Assembly: GCA_964252035.1 (NCBI GenBank)
Contig: OZ176200.1
Length of the DNA: 64,000 bases
Direction: 5' to 3' (one strand)
Origin: Podarcis erhardii
Taxonomy: Eukaryota
In this document: positions 1 through 10,935 of the stretch, piece by piece
Position numbering within the stretch: the stretch's first letter is position 1
Layout: each line of letters opens with the position of its first letter
The notes under the pieces: generated by a model
Told to the model about the DNA's origin: nothing
The model's database searches: none
What the model saw: only the letters and a program-made list of their open reading frames with translations
Position numbers and translations under genes: made by a program

Positions 1-2293
1 GGGCTGCATCTGTGAAGCTTCAGATATGTTCACACAATCAAATAATAGTTGTAGAGAGTAGCCAGTAATCTTTGTTTGTTATTTTTATAGCCCTGGATGA
101 GCTGAGAGATTTTCTCCTTACCCGACTCATTAGTTTACATGAGCAGGGATGGCCGAGGAGGTCCAATTTCTTATCCTGTAGTATCAATCGGGATATCTTC
201 AAAGGGGAAATAGATGCATTTGTGGAGAATACAGCTCCCCATGGTGAAGATGGCTGTGTACTACCTCCAGTATCAGGGTTGGTGTGCCTCTGAATACCAT
301 TGCGAGGAACACAAGTGGGAACAGTGCTGTCGTACTTCCGTCCCATCCATGAGCTTCCCATAGCCATCTGGTTCCCCATTGTGGGAACAGAATGCTGGAT
401 CGGATAGGCTTTTGGGACTCTACGTATGTAAGCAAAAATAGGTGTCTATATGGGCACTGTATATATTAGCAGTTAATAAATGACATCAATTGCTATTGTG
501 TTTTTGTGAATTCTGTGATTGAGTGTAGGGTTCTCTTAACCTTTCTAGACCCGTGAACACTTGCCAGTTTTCGTCTTGAGGTGGGGAAGCCATTGTTTCA
601 GGTGGGAATCCAAATAAATGAACAGAAAACCATTGATCTCCTCAGAACCAGGAGAAATTTCTTGTCTAGATAAATATGAGCTGACTACATATGCTGTAAA
701 CTGTACAAATGACTCAAATGCCACAGCAAGGAATGAGGGCTGATTTAGGGGTTCCTGCTATTGAGGCATGCAGTCAATGGACTAAGGGGACTAGGTTAGT
801 CTGCTAAATGCCCCTGGTAAATTAGAATATTAAAGTATTAAAGCCTGGCGCTTTCTTCCCAAAGCCCAGGAAGCTTCTTTCCAGCATAGGGGGGGGGGGG
901 AGCAAAGCTCATATCTGTGATATCAGGATGTCATGATATCACACATGCAGTCCCCCCCCCCCAATTGCCCTCATAAGCTGGCGTCTCTAGCCCTACGAAA
1001 AATTTCACCATCACTGATTGGGGTCTTGGTTTCCCTCCAGTCCATTTGATGCACTCTGTCCTGTTGCCTTGGCAGGCTGTAGGGTGGAACTTTCCATCAT
1101 CAATAGATAAGCATCTTCGTATTCCTCGACTACATAAACTAATTTGAGGTTCTTTTTTGCTGCTGTTGATTGGGAACAACCCTGAAACTCTTCATAATAC
1201 CTTACTTGGCAGCCTGGCAGCATGTAAACAACCCTTAAGGGGAATGTCACTGAATTGGTTTATTTTACTGATACTATCACCTAAACTTTATGTCTTAAAG
1301 GGTGATTATGGCTGTCCAGGCAGCCATAATCCGTTACAAATTTCTGCAGAAAAAGCTGGTTAGCTTAAAAGGAAGTCTATTTGCGTGTTTGGTGATGCAA
1401 ACTCTCTGGATAAGAAACACACATTTAATTACATTCCCTTTTCTTCTTTTGTTTTTGTTTGAAGGGGGCTTGTTATAAATGTGTTTTGATTTTAATTCTT
1501 TTTTTTGTATTTGGATATCATAAAGGCATTTGGTCAAAACAGCTGAACTTATGGTTCATATTAATTTCAAAATTTCAAGCTCTCTTTCACCACTATGTGT
1601 TTTGGAAACGATTGTAAAAACAAGACTATGATTCTGCTGTGAAATAGTTCAGGGTATTGTTGCTATGTTATACCCACCAAGTATTGTTGGATAAACAGGG
1701 AATAAAAGTGAGCTTTCAGTTTTATTCCATTTTTTAAAAAAATGAACTGAACAATATAAAGGTTAATAGTCCTTGCATCCGTTTGGGTGTCAGCAAAATA
1801 GGTCTTCCAGTTGCGTTTCAGTTTTGATGAAGCTAAACTGTACCCAATATCTCATCATTCAGTGGCACCACTCAATGGCTTTCTGTTGAATATGTAAATA
1901 ACCTCCTCCATTTAATAACACTGTCTCTGAGTTAATATGAAAACTCTAAACTTGATCTATGACGGGCTGTTTTGGACGCATAAGGCATCACTTAGAAGTA
2001 ATGTCATCAGGTAATGGTCATGCACATATGAATGCTCTCTTTCTCCCTAGGGTCCATGTCACATTTTTATTTTAATGGGTTTAAAGTAGGGTTGAAGAAC
2101 CAGATGTTGTTGGACAGCAACATGCATCATCCCTGACCGTTGTCTATGCTGGCTACAACTGGACAGCAACTGCAAGGAATACTTGATACAGAAGAGTGAA
2201 AACCTCTTTAGCACTTACATGCCATTTTAGAGTGCCTCAAATGCTCCACAGACATCTCTCCTGTATTGGTGTCTGCAGCCACAGCAGGAACTG

Positions 2294-2379
2294 GAAGAAG
2301 AAGAAGAAGAAGAAGAAGAAGAAGAAGAAGAAGAAGAAGAAGAAGAGGAGGAGTTTGGATTTGATATCCCGCTTTATCA
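2294..2379 (-). mobile_element. 3' tail of a Squam3-like (MIR/Ther1-related, tRNA-derived) SINE with a (GAA)n microsatellite; split from its body by the L1 insertion
   Basis: (GAA)n then GAGGAGGAGTTTGGATTTGATATCCCGCTTTATCA, the same tail seen on the intact copy at 28889-29146. Confidence 0.8.
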
Positions 2380-4357
2380 TTTTTCATTTTTGTAAATATT
2401 TATTGAGATTTTTAAATACAAATGCAAAATTAGTAAACAATATAACATGTTTCATAACATAATTTCATAACTTCTTTGGACTCCCTCACGTCTCCCACTC
2501 CCACTTACATCATTATAAATTTTTGCCAGCAATTTATCAACTTGTTTGCATTCTTATGTCCCGCTCATTTAAATATAATTTAATAATTCTCCAAAAAGTT
2601 TATATTTTCCTCAGTCTCACTTATCATCCTAATTCCAACTATTTTAATGGTGCTCAATTGTTTGTGATCTAGCATCCTTATTAACATTCAACCAAATTAC
2701 AATATTTTTGTAGATAAATCTTGAATTTCTTCCAGTCTTCTTCAACCCTCTCCTCTCCCAGGTCTCGGATTCTGCCGGTCATCTCAGCCAGTTCCATATA
2801 GTCTATCAGTTGCATCTGCCATTCTTCCAGTGTGGGTAGATCTTGGGTTTTCCAATATTTAGCGATGAGTATCCTTGCTGCCGTTGTTGCATACAAGAAA
2901 AAAGTTCTGTCCTTCTTTATCACCTTCTGGCCGACAATACCCAGAAGAAAGGCCTCTGGTTTCTTAAGGAAGGTATACTTAAATACCTTTTTCAACTCAT
3001 TATATATCATTTCCCAGAAAGCCTTCACTCTAGGGCACGTCCACCAGAGGTGAAAGAATGTTCCTTCATTTTCTTTACATTTCCAACATTTATTATCAGA
3101 CAGATGGTATATTTTAGCAAGTTTAACTGGGGTCATGTACCATCTATATATCATTTTCATTACATTTTCCTTCAAAGCATTACAAGCAGTGAAGTTCAAC
3201 CCAGTGGTCCACAACCTTTCCCAGTCTTCAAACATGATATTATACCCAATGTCCTGTGCCCACTTTATCATAGCCGATTTAACCGTTTCGTCTTGTGTGT
3301 TCCATTTTAACAGCAAGTTATACATTCTTGAAAGTACCTTAGTCTTAGGTTCTAACAGTTCTGTTTCCAATTTCGATTTCTCCACCTGGAACCCTAACTT
3401 TTTGTCATTTTTAAAGACTTCTTTAATCTGAGCGTAGTGTAACCAGTCTCGCACTTTATCCTTTAATTTCTCCAAACTCTGCAATTTCCAATTGTCTCCA
3501 TCTTTTTCTAGTAATTCCCAATATTTTGGCCATTTGGCCTCCATATTGGGTCTTTTTCGGGCCTTACCTTCCAGAGGTGAAAGCCACCTTGGAGTTTTGT
3601 TTTCCAATAAGTCTTTATATTTTGTCCAGACATTAAACACTGCTTTTCTGACAATATGGTTCTTAAAGGCCTTATTGATCTTAACCTTGTCATACCATAA
3701 ATATGCATGCCAACCAAAAGCGTTATTAAAACCTTCCAGGTCCAATACGTCAGTGTCTTCGAGAAGTAGCCAATCTTTTAGCCAGCAGAAAGCTGCGGCC
3801 TCATAATACAACTTTAGGTCTGGCAGGGCAAAGCCCCCTCTTTCTTTCGCATTTAAACTTAATTCTGGGCTTTTTGCCCTGCCAGACAAACTTAGAGATG
3901 TCTCTCTGCCACTTCCGGAAGCACTCCGTCTTGTCCACAATCTGCAGTGTTTGGAACAAAAACAGCATTTTTGGCAATACATTCATCTTGATAGCAGCAA
4001 TTCGGCCTAACAAAGAAAGTTTCAGTTTTGTCCAACTGTCTAAGTCTCTCTTAATTTCTGACCAACATTTTTCATAGTTATCCTTAAATAGACTCAGATT
4101 TTTTGCTGTTATGTTTACCCCTAGGTACTTTACTTTTTTAACCACTTTTAATTCTGTCTCTCTCTGAAACCGTTCTGACTCTGTATCTGTCAATTTTTTT
4201 TCCAATACCTTGGTTTTCTGTTTGTTTAATTTAAAACCTGCTACCCAACCAAAGTCTTAAATCAATTGTAATACTCTTTTCGTACTAGATTCTGGCTCCT
4301 GCAAAGTCAAAACTAGGTCATCTGCAAAAGCTTTAAGTTTATATTGTTTCGCTCCGA
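2380..4357 (-). mobile_element. 5'-truncated L1-clade LINE (ORF2 RT through C-terminal CCHC domain, 3' UTR, short A-rich tail); inactive
   Basis: Minus strand reads KLKAFADDLVL (RT catalytic motif), YLGV, and CWKC...FHLWWTC zinc knuckle; ORF2 stop at 2681; one in-frame TAA and one frameshift near 3850; AATAAA and A-rich tail; flanked by the 19-bp duplication TTGATATCCCGCTTTATCA (2361-2379 and 4358-4376). Confidence 0.93.
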
Positions 4358-4587
4358 TTGATATCCCGCTTTATCACTACCCAAAGGAGTCTCAAAGTGG
4401 CTAACGTTCTCCTTTCCCTTCCTCCCCCACAACAAACACTCTGTGAGGTGAGTGAGGCTGAGAGACTTCAGAGAAGTGTGACTAGCCCAAGGTCACCCAG
4501 CAGCTGCATGTGGAGGAGCGGGGAATCGAACCCGGTTCCCCAGATTACGAATCTACCGCTCTTAACCACTACACCACACTGGCTCTC
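4358..4587 (-). mobile_element. Squam3-like SINE, head and body
   Basis: Reverse strand starts GAGAGCCAGTGTGGTGTAGTGG (A box), has GGTTCGATTCC (B box) and a MIR-like CTGGGTGACCTTGGG core. Confidence 0.85.
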
Positions 4588-4792
4588 CAACAGTTTGACT
4601 TTACCTGTGATGGTGTGCTCTTCCACTGTCTCTTGAGACAGACAGATGCCAAACACTTCCACTGTGCAACCACATAAGCTTTCATCATTACTCCATTCAC
4701 ATTATGCTGAATCTCATTATACGTTAGCAGAACTTAATTCTCAGTTAAATCAATGGGTTACCTGAATGATGACTAACTTGTTCCATTGCATT

Positions 4793-4979
4793 AGAGCCAA
4801 CTCCTAGAGGCCGAAGTCCTTTGGCCCTCTCAATAAAATATTTGAGGGGGCTGCCTCTCCCAAGCTGATTTGCATTGCCATTCAAATGGGGTATGTGCGC
4901 ACACAACTTGTGATTGATTATGTGAAGCGAGGCTTACCTGACCCCCTCCCCCAATACTTTATGCAGGTTGGAACCCCTG
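4793..4979. mobile_element. Degenerate MITE (hAT-like), related to 47258-47435
   Basis: Shares the CAATAAAATATTTGAGGGGGCT...TTGCCATTCAAATGG core and GAGCCAACT / GTTGG-A-C-CCC-like ends with the second copy. Confidence 0.55.
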
Positions 4980-6169
4980 TTCCATTGATTTCAAGAGGAC
5001 CTAAGTTCAGCTAACGTTAGCCTGGAGCCAACCAAATGAGTTTGACCAAGATCCAAAGGCTTGTGTGCAGTAAGGATTTTCTGTCCTCATTTCCTTGAAA
5101 TCTGCCTTAGAAAGGTCAGGAAACCCTCCAGAGCAGCATTCAAAGTTGCACAAAGCAATGCAGGCAGCAGAGGGTGGAAGCAAGGTTTTGATGCATGCAA
5201 GTGAATATCTGGAACCTGGCCTTAGTGTTTAACATGCCATAAATGACTTTCCTGATTTTCCTGTAAAATAATATTATTATCCCCCTGGACCAAGCAGATA
5301 ACTTTCTTGCAAAACATACAAAGGATAAAATTATCATTCCATCTCCACCCACCTCCAGGTTTGTTCATTCATTCACTTGTTTTGGATCTGGGACATTGCC
5401 ATCTATGCATGGCTCTTTAAATACATTGGGAGGAATTCGACATCTCACTTGCAGGGTCATTCTATCAGTACTTCTGCTAGCCAGATGGAAAGATCTTCCC
5501 CTCTCCTTTCCCCTGCACACTGTTCTATGGATTCTCCCCACCCTCCAGAGTGAATTTGGGGAAGAGGGAGGAGAAGGGGGAAATGCCCATTGCATTGGTG
5601 AGAGTCTTTGCGCTGGCTTCTGCAAGCATGCTGGGATACCTAAATCCAGCCCAGGAGGTGGCACTTGGTGCTCAGGGTAGACCCACTGAAGCTAACAGAC
5701 ATGACTAACTTGGGTTCATTAATATCATTGAATGTACTGTGAGTGGGACTTAGCTACATACAACCCATAATCCAGGCATCCCTGGTGCTTTAGCTACATT
5801 GAGTGTCCATAGTCCCAGGCGTGGTGGTGGTGTTCTTCTACCTTATGCCACATGAAATGAAAGCTGTAATGATATCGTTAAAAGATGGAAACTCGCTGGC
5901 TCCCTGCATAAAATCTCCATATCTCTGTTTCTGTACATTTACTTCAAGGAGGCGGCAAATGTGATCTTAGTGATCCTTTGCTATAATGAAGTGTTTTCTT
6001 TCCTCTTGAACACCTGGCTAGAGCAGTGTCCCATCAACAGCTTTGCCTCATCACTTGTTACCCAGCAGGGGTGAAATTAACCTAACACGTTAACATGTTT
6101 GTTTTTACTTAATTCTGCACTTCAGAAACAGCTGGCACATTGGTGGCCACCCCAATCCCAGCACTGTCT

Positions 6170-6463
6170 ATTGCTCAGCATTCGTGTAATTGTGGAGCTT
6201 TAATAGCCCCATTAGCTCTTCTGCTAAAAGGGTCACAGCAACTCAAGGCAAGGATTCTGTGAAGCAAAAGCAGGTTGCTGGTTTAATGAGATGGAAACTG
6301 CAACCTGTAGCTTCCATTTCCCCCCATCTTTAAGACTTGTTGACTAGGCACACAGTTGACTTAATGTGCTCAGCCAGCAAAAAAAATGGTCTAGGACTAT
6401 GCTGGGAAGGTGGAGCTGTGCCCAAATCTTACGCAATTGGAACTAGCCAAAGGGTTATAAATA
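6170..6463 (+). promoter_or_regulatory. INS: Insulin proximal promoter with TATA box (TATAAATA 6456-6463)
   Basis: TATA about 90 bp upstream of a GTAAGT donor; several TAAT/ATTA cores (6187, 6201, 6211, 6284, 6362); TGCTCAGC Maf-like sites (6172, 6377); GGAAACTGCAACCT at 6293 resembles the mammalian A2/C1 element. Confidence 0.65.
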
Positions 6464-6486
6464 TCGAAAGGAAACAAGGTGGAAGT

Positions 6487-6546
6487 CACTTATTTCCTTT
6501 AGTCTCGGAGCCATCTTCGACCCTACCACTGACTCATCTTGGTTAG
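6487..6546 (+). other. INS: Predicted non-coding exon 1 of INS (start approximate)
   Basis: Begins about 30 nt after the TATA and ends at TAG|GTAAGT (donor 6547). The acceptor TCTCTTTCCAAG at 8281 leaves 17 nt before the ATG, the same spacing as in human INS exon 2. Confidence 0.65.
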
Positions 6547-7242
6547 GTAAGTCTGTGGTCTCCACCATTTCTTTTTTGTCGTGATGCGGCAAGGAGAGTT
6601 CAGAACCCTGCTTGGGTGTTGCACTCATGGGGGAGGGTCATAAGTAGGTCTTGAAGGTTGACTTCAGAAATTGCAATGAAGCAACCCCAAGTGATGCACA
6701 GCCATGCTTCTTTTGTAACATCTGAAACTGCAGCCAGAACATCCTGTTGCTGGGCAAATGGAAGACTTCAAAGCATTTTGCACCCTTAACAAGTTGCTCC
6801 CAAAGTCATGTGTAGAGACATATAAATTCTGTTTTCAAAATTTCTGAATTGCTATTGACTGTCAACCAACATTGTTTGATGGTGCCCACATTCAGGGGAA
6901 ATTTTGCATGCTGTGTTGTGCAAATTTCCGCTTTGTGCCATGTGCGCATATAGCAGTGGGCAGTTACATTTGATTTCAAAAGATGAAAGATCCCCAAAGG
7001 GAAGAGAGGGGTCAAAAAGGAGTTGAAAGGTGAAATCAATAAGGTCAGATCACTCCAAAATGCTTGGGAGTTGTTTAGAAACTCAACTGGAGTGTACACA
7101 ACAGATCAGGAAATGTACCATGAGAATGGTGAAGAGCTCCAAAAGGATCTCTCCAAGCTAACTTGAATGGGCCATAAAATGGCAAGTGCAATTCAGTGTA
7201 AACCAGTATGAACTGATGTGTGTTGAGATTTAAAAAAAAAGT

Positions 7243-7268
7243 TTGTGTGTGTGTGTGTGTGTGTGTGC
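7243..7268. repeat. (GT)n microsatellite in INS intron 1
   Basis: Direct reading. Confidence 0.9.
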
Positions 7269-7625
7269 ATAGTCCTGATCCAGAAGGCTCTTCTTATGTT
7301 CTCTTTTGGGCTATGCCAGTCTCAGCCCCCTACCATGCATACATCTGGAGACATGAACTTTGTCAGGTGTGCCCTGTCACATGTTTAGGTATACATGTAA
7401 AATGTATTTAAGTGTACAAAAATATATATTATATGGCCTCAATGTTTTAGGTAAAATCAGAGTCCTATTGCCATTAGTATTTTACCACTTCAGCAAAAAC
7501 TTTCTGTAAAGAGAAGGAGAATAGTGAAGATCAACTTCATTAAAAAAGTAAATAAGATTTAGAGTAAATTTAAGTTAATTATTTTTATTTAGCAAAAGTT
7601 TGCCACTCAATAAAAAATTAGTTTA

Positions 7626-7830
7626 TACACTCGTACCTCAGAAGTCAAACGGAATCTGTTCCAGAAGTCTGTTCGACTTCTAAAATGTTCAGAAGCTCCT
7701 GCAGCCAATCGGAACCCGCAGAACCCACATTGGATGTTCGGGTTCCAAAGAACGTTCACAAACTGGAACACTCACTCCTGATTTTGCGGCATTCAGGAGC
7801 CAAAACGTTCACCTTGCAGACTTTAAAAAC
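7626..7830. mobile_element. Degenerate Tigger/pogo-like MITE in INS intron 1
   Basis: TACACTCGTACCTC end resembles the TACAGTGGTACCTC TIR of 28228 and 41876; internal GGAATCTGTTCCAGAAG...CAGCCAATCGGAA. Confidence 0.5.
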
Positions 7831-8298
7831 AGTAGACATAATAAAATTGCCATGGATAAATTCAACCATTTTGCTTTCTTAAAACACACACACAACCAAA
7901 TATAATTACATGCCTGGGTAGGCTTACCTAAACAAGATTTTTAGCAGGCATTGAAAACAGTAAATTGAAGACATCTGTCTAATATTAATGGGCAAAGGAC
8001 TTCCAGAATAGGTGTTGCCACACTAAAAGATCAATTTCTCTTTTAGTGTGGAACCAGCATTCTGTAGCACTTTTTAAATTGCCAGTTTCACAGATCAAAG
8101 CAGTGAAGTGGGTACAAATTGAGGAACGGATTTTTAAGCTTCAGAATTTTATGATATATACTACTAACATTTGTATTACCATTTAGAGTTTGTTTGCCAT
8201 TTGTAACGTTTACATTTGCCATCATTCTGAAGCTCCTTTTTAATCTGCTAGCAACCTATTTCTCTCCTCTCTCTTTCCAAGGTCTCCTGTTCATCAGC

Positions 8299-8485
8299 AT
8301 GACTCTCTGGATCAGATCTCTGCCTCTCCTAGCGCTGCTTGCTGTTTCAGCTCCTACTACTAGTTATGCTGTTCCCAATCAGCACCTATGTGGCTCCCAT
8401 CTAGTGGAAGCACTCTACCTTGTATGTGGAGAGCGGGGTTTCTACTATTCCCCCAAAACACGGCGGAATGTTGAACAGCCCCTAG
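8299..8485 (+). CDS. INS: Preproinsulin coding exon 1 (signal peptide, B chain, RR, start of C-peptide)
   Basis: [62 protein letters not shown]; phase-1 donor G|GTAACT at 8486. Confidence 0.99.
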
Positions 8486-8612
8486 GTAACTTTTCCAACT
8501 TCCTAAAAAGCATCAAAATGTTTTATACTATAGTTTCTTCATGAATGGCTCGTCCACGTTTCCACTTGTCCTGTGCCTAGAAAGCATGGATCCAAGTAGT
8601 TTTCCCTTTGCT

Positions 8613-8736
8613 CCACTGCTTTCCCCAGGGAAAATCTGATCTTTAGTGCTCAATCGGAACAAACATCAACCCGGAGAAAACCTGAATTGTCGTTTGCTTC
8701 GACTAAAGAGTGATTTTCCCCAGGGGAAAGCAGTGG
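8613..8736. repeat. Long imperfect inverted repeat (probable MITE) in INS intron 2
   Basis: CCACTGCTTTCCCCAGGGAAAATC...TCTTTAGT pairs with ACTAAAGA...GATTTTCCCCAGGGGAAAGCAGTGG. Confidence 0.7.
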
Positions 8737-9990
8737 GACAACAGGAAATGTGGCTAAACACTAAGTCATAACTCTAGATGCAGAGAGTCTTGTGTTGGGG
8801 GCTGGGCTGCATACACCAATATTTATATCAAGGTTGACGTTCCCAGGCAAGCGGTTCCAACATAATGGTGAACCCACCAGCACTTTAAAGAATTAATGTA
8901 AGGGGAACAAGGTTTGAAAAGAGCCCTTCAGGTCTTCCCTTGGTGCCCATGAAGTCTCCAAGCCTACTGCTCCCTCACTGCTCTCTTGGTCATGAGGTGG
9001 TGAGTGCGGTAACCTTATCCTCTCATGTAAAGTACATAGAGATGAAGGAGGAAGTTGGAAGAGCTGGCACTCTTTCCCACTTCCTTTTTCAGCTCTGTAT
9101 GCTTTCTTTCTAAGGTCAGAATAATTCTCCTGGATCTCATGTTTACTCAGATCCTTTGGAAAAGTAAAGTGTTGTGTGTTTCTTTGTGTTGTTGGTGGGG
9201 GCTGGTCCAGGGGAGGGGGAAGAGAAGTGAACAGAACTCATGGTATACCCTGTATTCCAGGAATCTGCTCTCTCTGAAAGTTCAATGTTCGATTTAGAAG
9301 CTCTACCGTTTATAATTAGAAATGTAAGGGAAATGTGAAGTCAGTGTTCTGATCAATTGCATATTTGGCTTCTCAACTCTAAATAAGTAATTGGTTTCAA
9401 TTGTTTGTGATATGTACACTGGCCTCAATATTCAAAGAACTTGTTTTTTCCACAGTTGTGTCTCTGAAGCCACACTTAATTTTGGTTGCATAGTTAACTC
9501 TTTTCTGTGTTTGAAAAAGATTTTCAATTTGCTTTTCTTTAGCCTTCAACCCTCATCCTTACATGTTAAATGTTCTCCTAGTTCTTCTTGTTACTTTTAG
9601 CCATGTTAATTTTTATAGCATGCAAATGAAGACTGTCCAGAATTGCTTCCATAAAATGGCTATCCATACAGCAAATGTATTATTTGAAAGCCCTGTTTCA
9701 TGCAAAAAGAGTGTTCAGCACCCTTACCAATGTAATGCTGGATGTGACCAAGCCAAAATATGTGGCAAAGAGCTTTTGAATGCAATGATTGCTGCATCTA
9801 TCACTTACCCCCTGAAGCATTTTTATTTTACTCACCTCCACATGGGGACAACGACCTTTCAATCAATACTTTGATTCTTTTTATTGCATAGTACAGTAGA
9901 TACAGTCTGTCTTGTATTATATATTATGTATCAAGTGGTTTTTTTCTACTCCCATTAACTGAGGAAGCAAGGCTGTTATATATTGAAATA

Positions 9991-10130
9991 AGGCAGGTGT
10001 GGAGACCCTTTGGCCCACCAGAAGTTTCTGAACCACAACTCCCATTATCCTTGGCCATTGACCATGCTTGCTTGGGCTTCTGGGAGTTGCAGTTCAGCAG
10101 CATCTGGAGGGGCAAAGGTTGCCCACCCTT
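9991..10130. mobile_element. Palindromic MITE, same family as 40084-40219, in INS intron 2
   Basis: ACAACTCCCA...TGGGAGTTGCAGT internal palindrome and CATCTGGAGGGGCAAAGGTTG end. Confidence 0.7.
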
Positions 10131-10713
10131 GAAGTAGAGGGAGACACAATGGCAGCTTACAGTAGCAATGGAGAAAGACTTGCTATAGCACACATTGGGG
10201 GGCTCTTCTGAGGGATATGTCTGCCCAGATGTTGAAAGGTGGTCAGAGTGGAATGCATCCCATCAGTTTCTCACTGCTTCTTCTGTGTGGGAATTTGCTG
10301 ATGGTTCACTTCATTAAAAAGACTCACAATGTGGAAAATAACATTCCGACCGTGATATAGAATATGCCACTTGTTTTTAGTTAACTGGCTCAAACTACTG
10401 CAGCAGTCCAGGACAGCCATTGCAGAGATGAGTTAGACATGAATATGAAGCCAGAAGTGTTCTGAAAGTATATACTGCAGTGGATCACATGGCAGTATGG
10501 GAAACCCCCCTTTCTATCTTAACTTTGGTTGTCTCTTCAAGCTGAGTGATTGGTTAAATGAAACGCTTCTGGGTGCACATGTTTGCTCCACTTTACAAGA
10601 AAGCTGTTTTAATGGCTGAAGCAAGATAGGAATGCAGGTTTTCTGGTGGACATATGCACACATAGAGTACATTTCAGAGATGCATCAACCTGAGTATTCT
10701 CTCCATCCAACAG

Positions 10714-10850
10714 TGAATGGGCCTTTACAGAATGAAGTGGAAGCACTGCCATTCCAACCCCAGGACTTTGAGAAGGTGAAGAGAGGAATTGTGCAGCAAT
10801 GTTGTCAAAACTCCTGCTCCCTCTATGATCTAGAGAGCTACTGCAACTAA
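10714..10850 (+). CDS. INS: Preproinsulin coding exon 2 (rest of C-peptide, KR, A chain, stop)
   Basis: Acceptor CCATCCAACAG|; (V)[44 protein letters not shown]. Spliced CDS is 324 nt, 107 aa. Confidence 0.99.
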
Positions 10851-10929
10851 CAGAGGAACACCTGGCTGTGCATGGGGGGTGGGCGGGGGTGGGGGAAAGC
10901 ACTTTGCTATTGCACCTTTGAAGTAACTG

Positions 10930-10935
10930 AATAAA
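10930..10935 (+). terminator. INS: INS polyadenylation signal
   Basis: AATAAA 80 nt after the stop codon. Confidence 0.8.

Noticed and set aside
2681-3982. 433-aa ORF as a host gene
   Set aside because: It is the frameshifted 3' part of L1 ORF2; its N-terminus is an off-frame artefact.
1-6100. TH (tyrosine hydroxylase) exons, expected upstream by synteny
   Set aside because: No translation resembles TH; the gene probably lies before the window.
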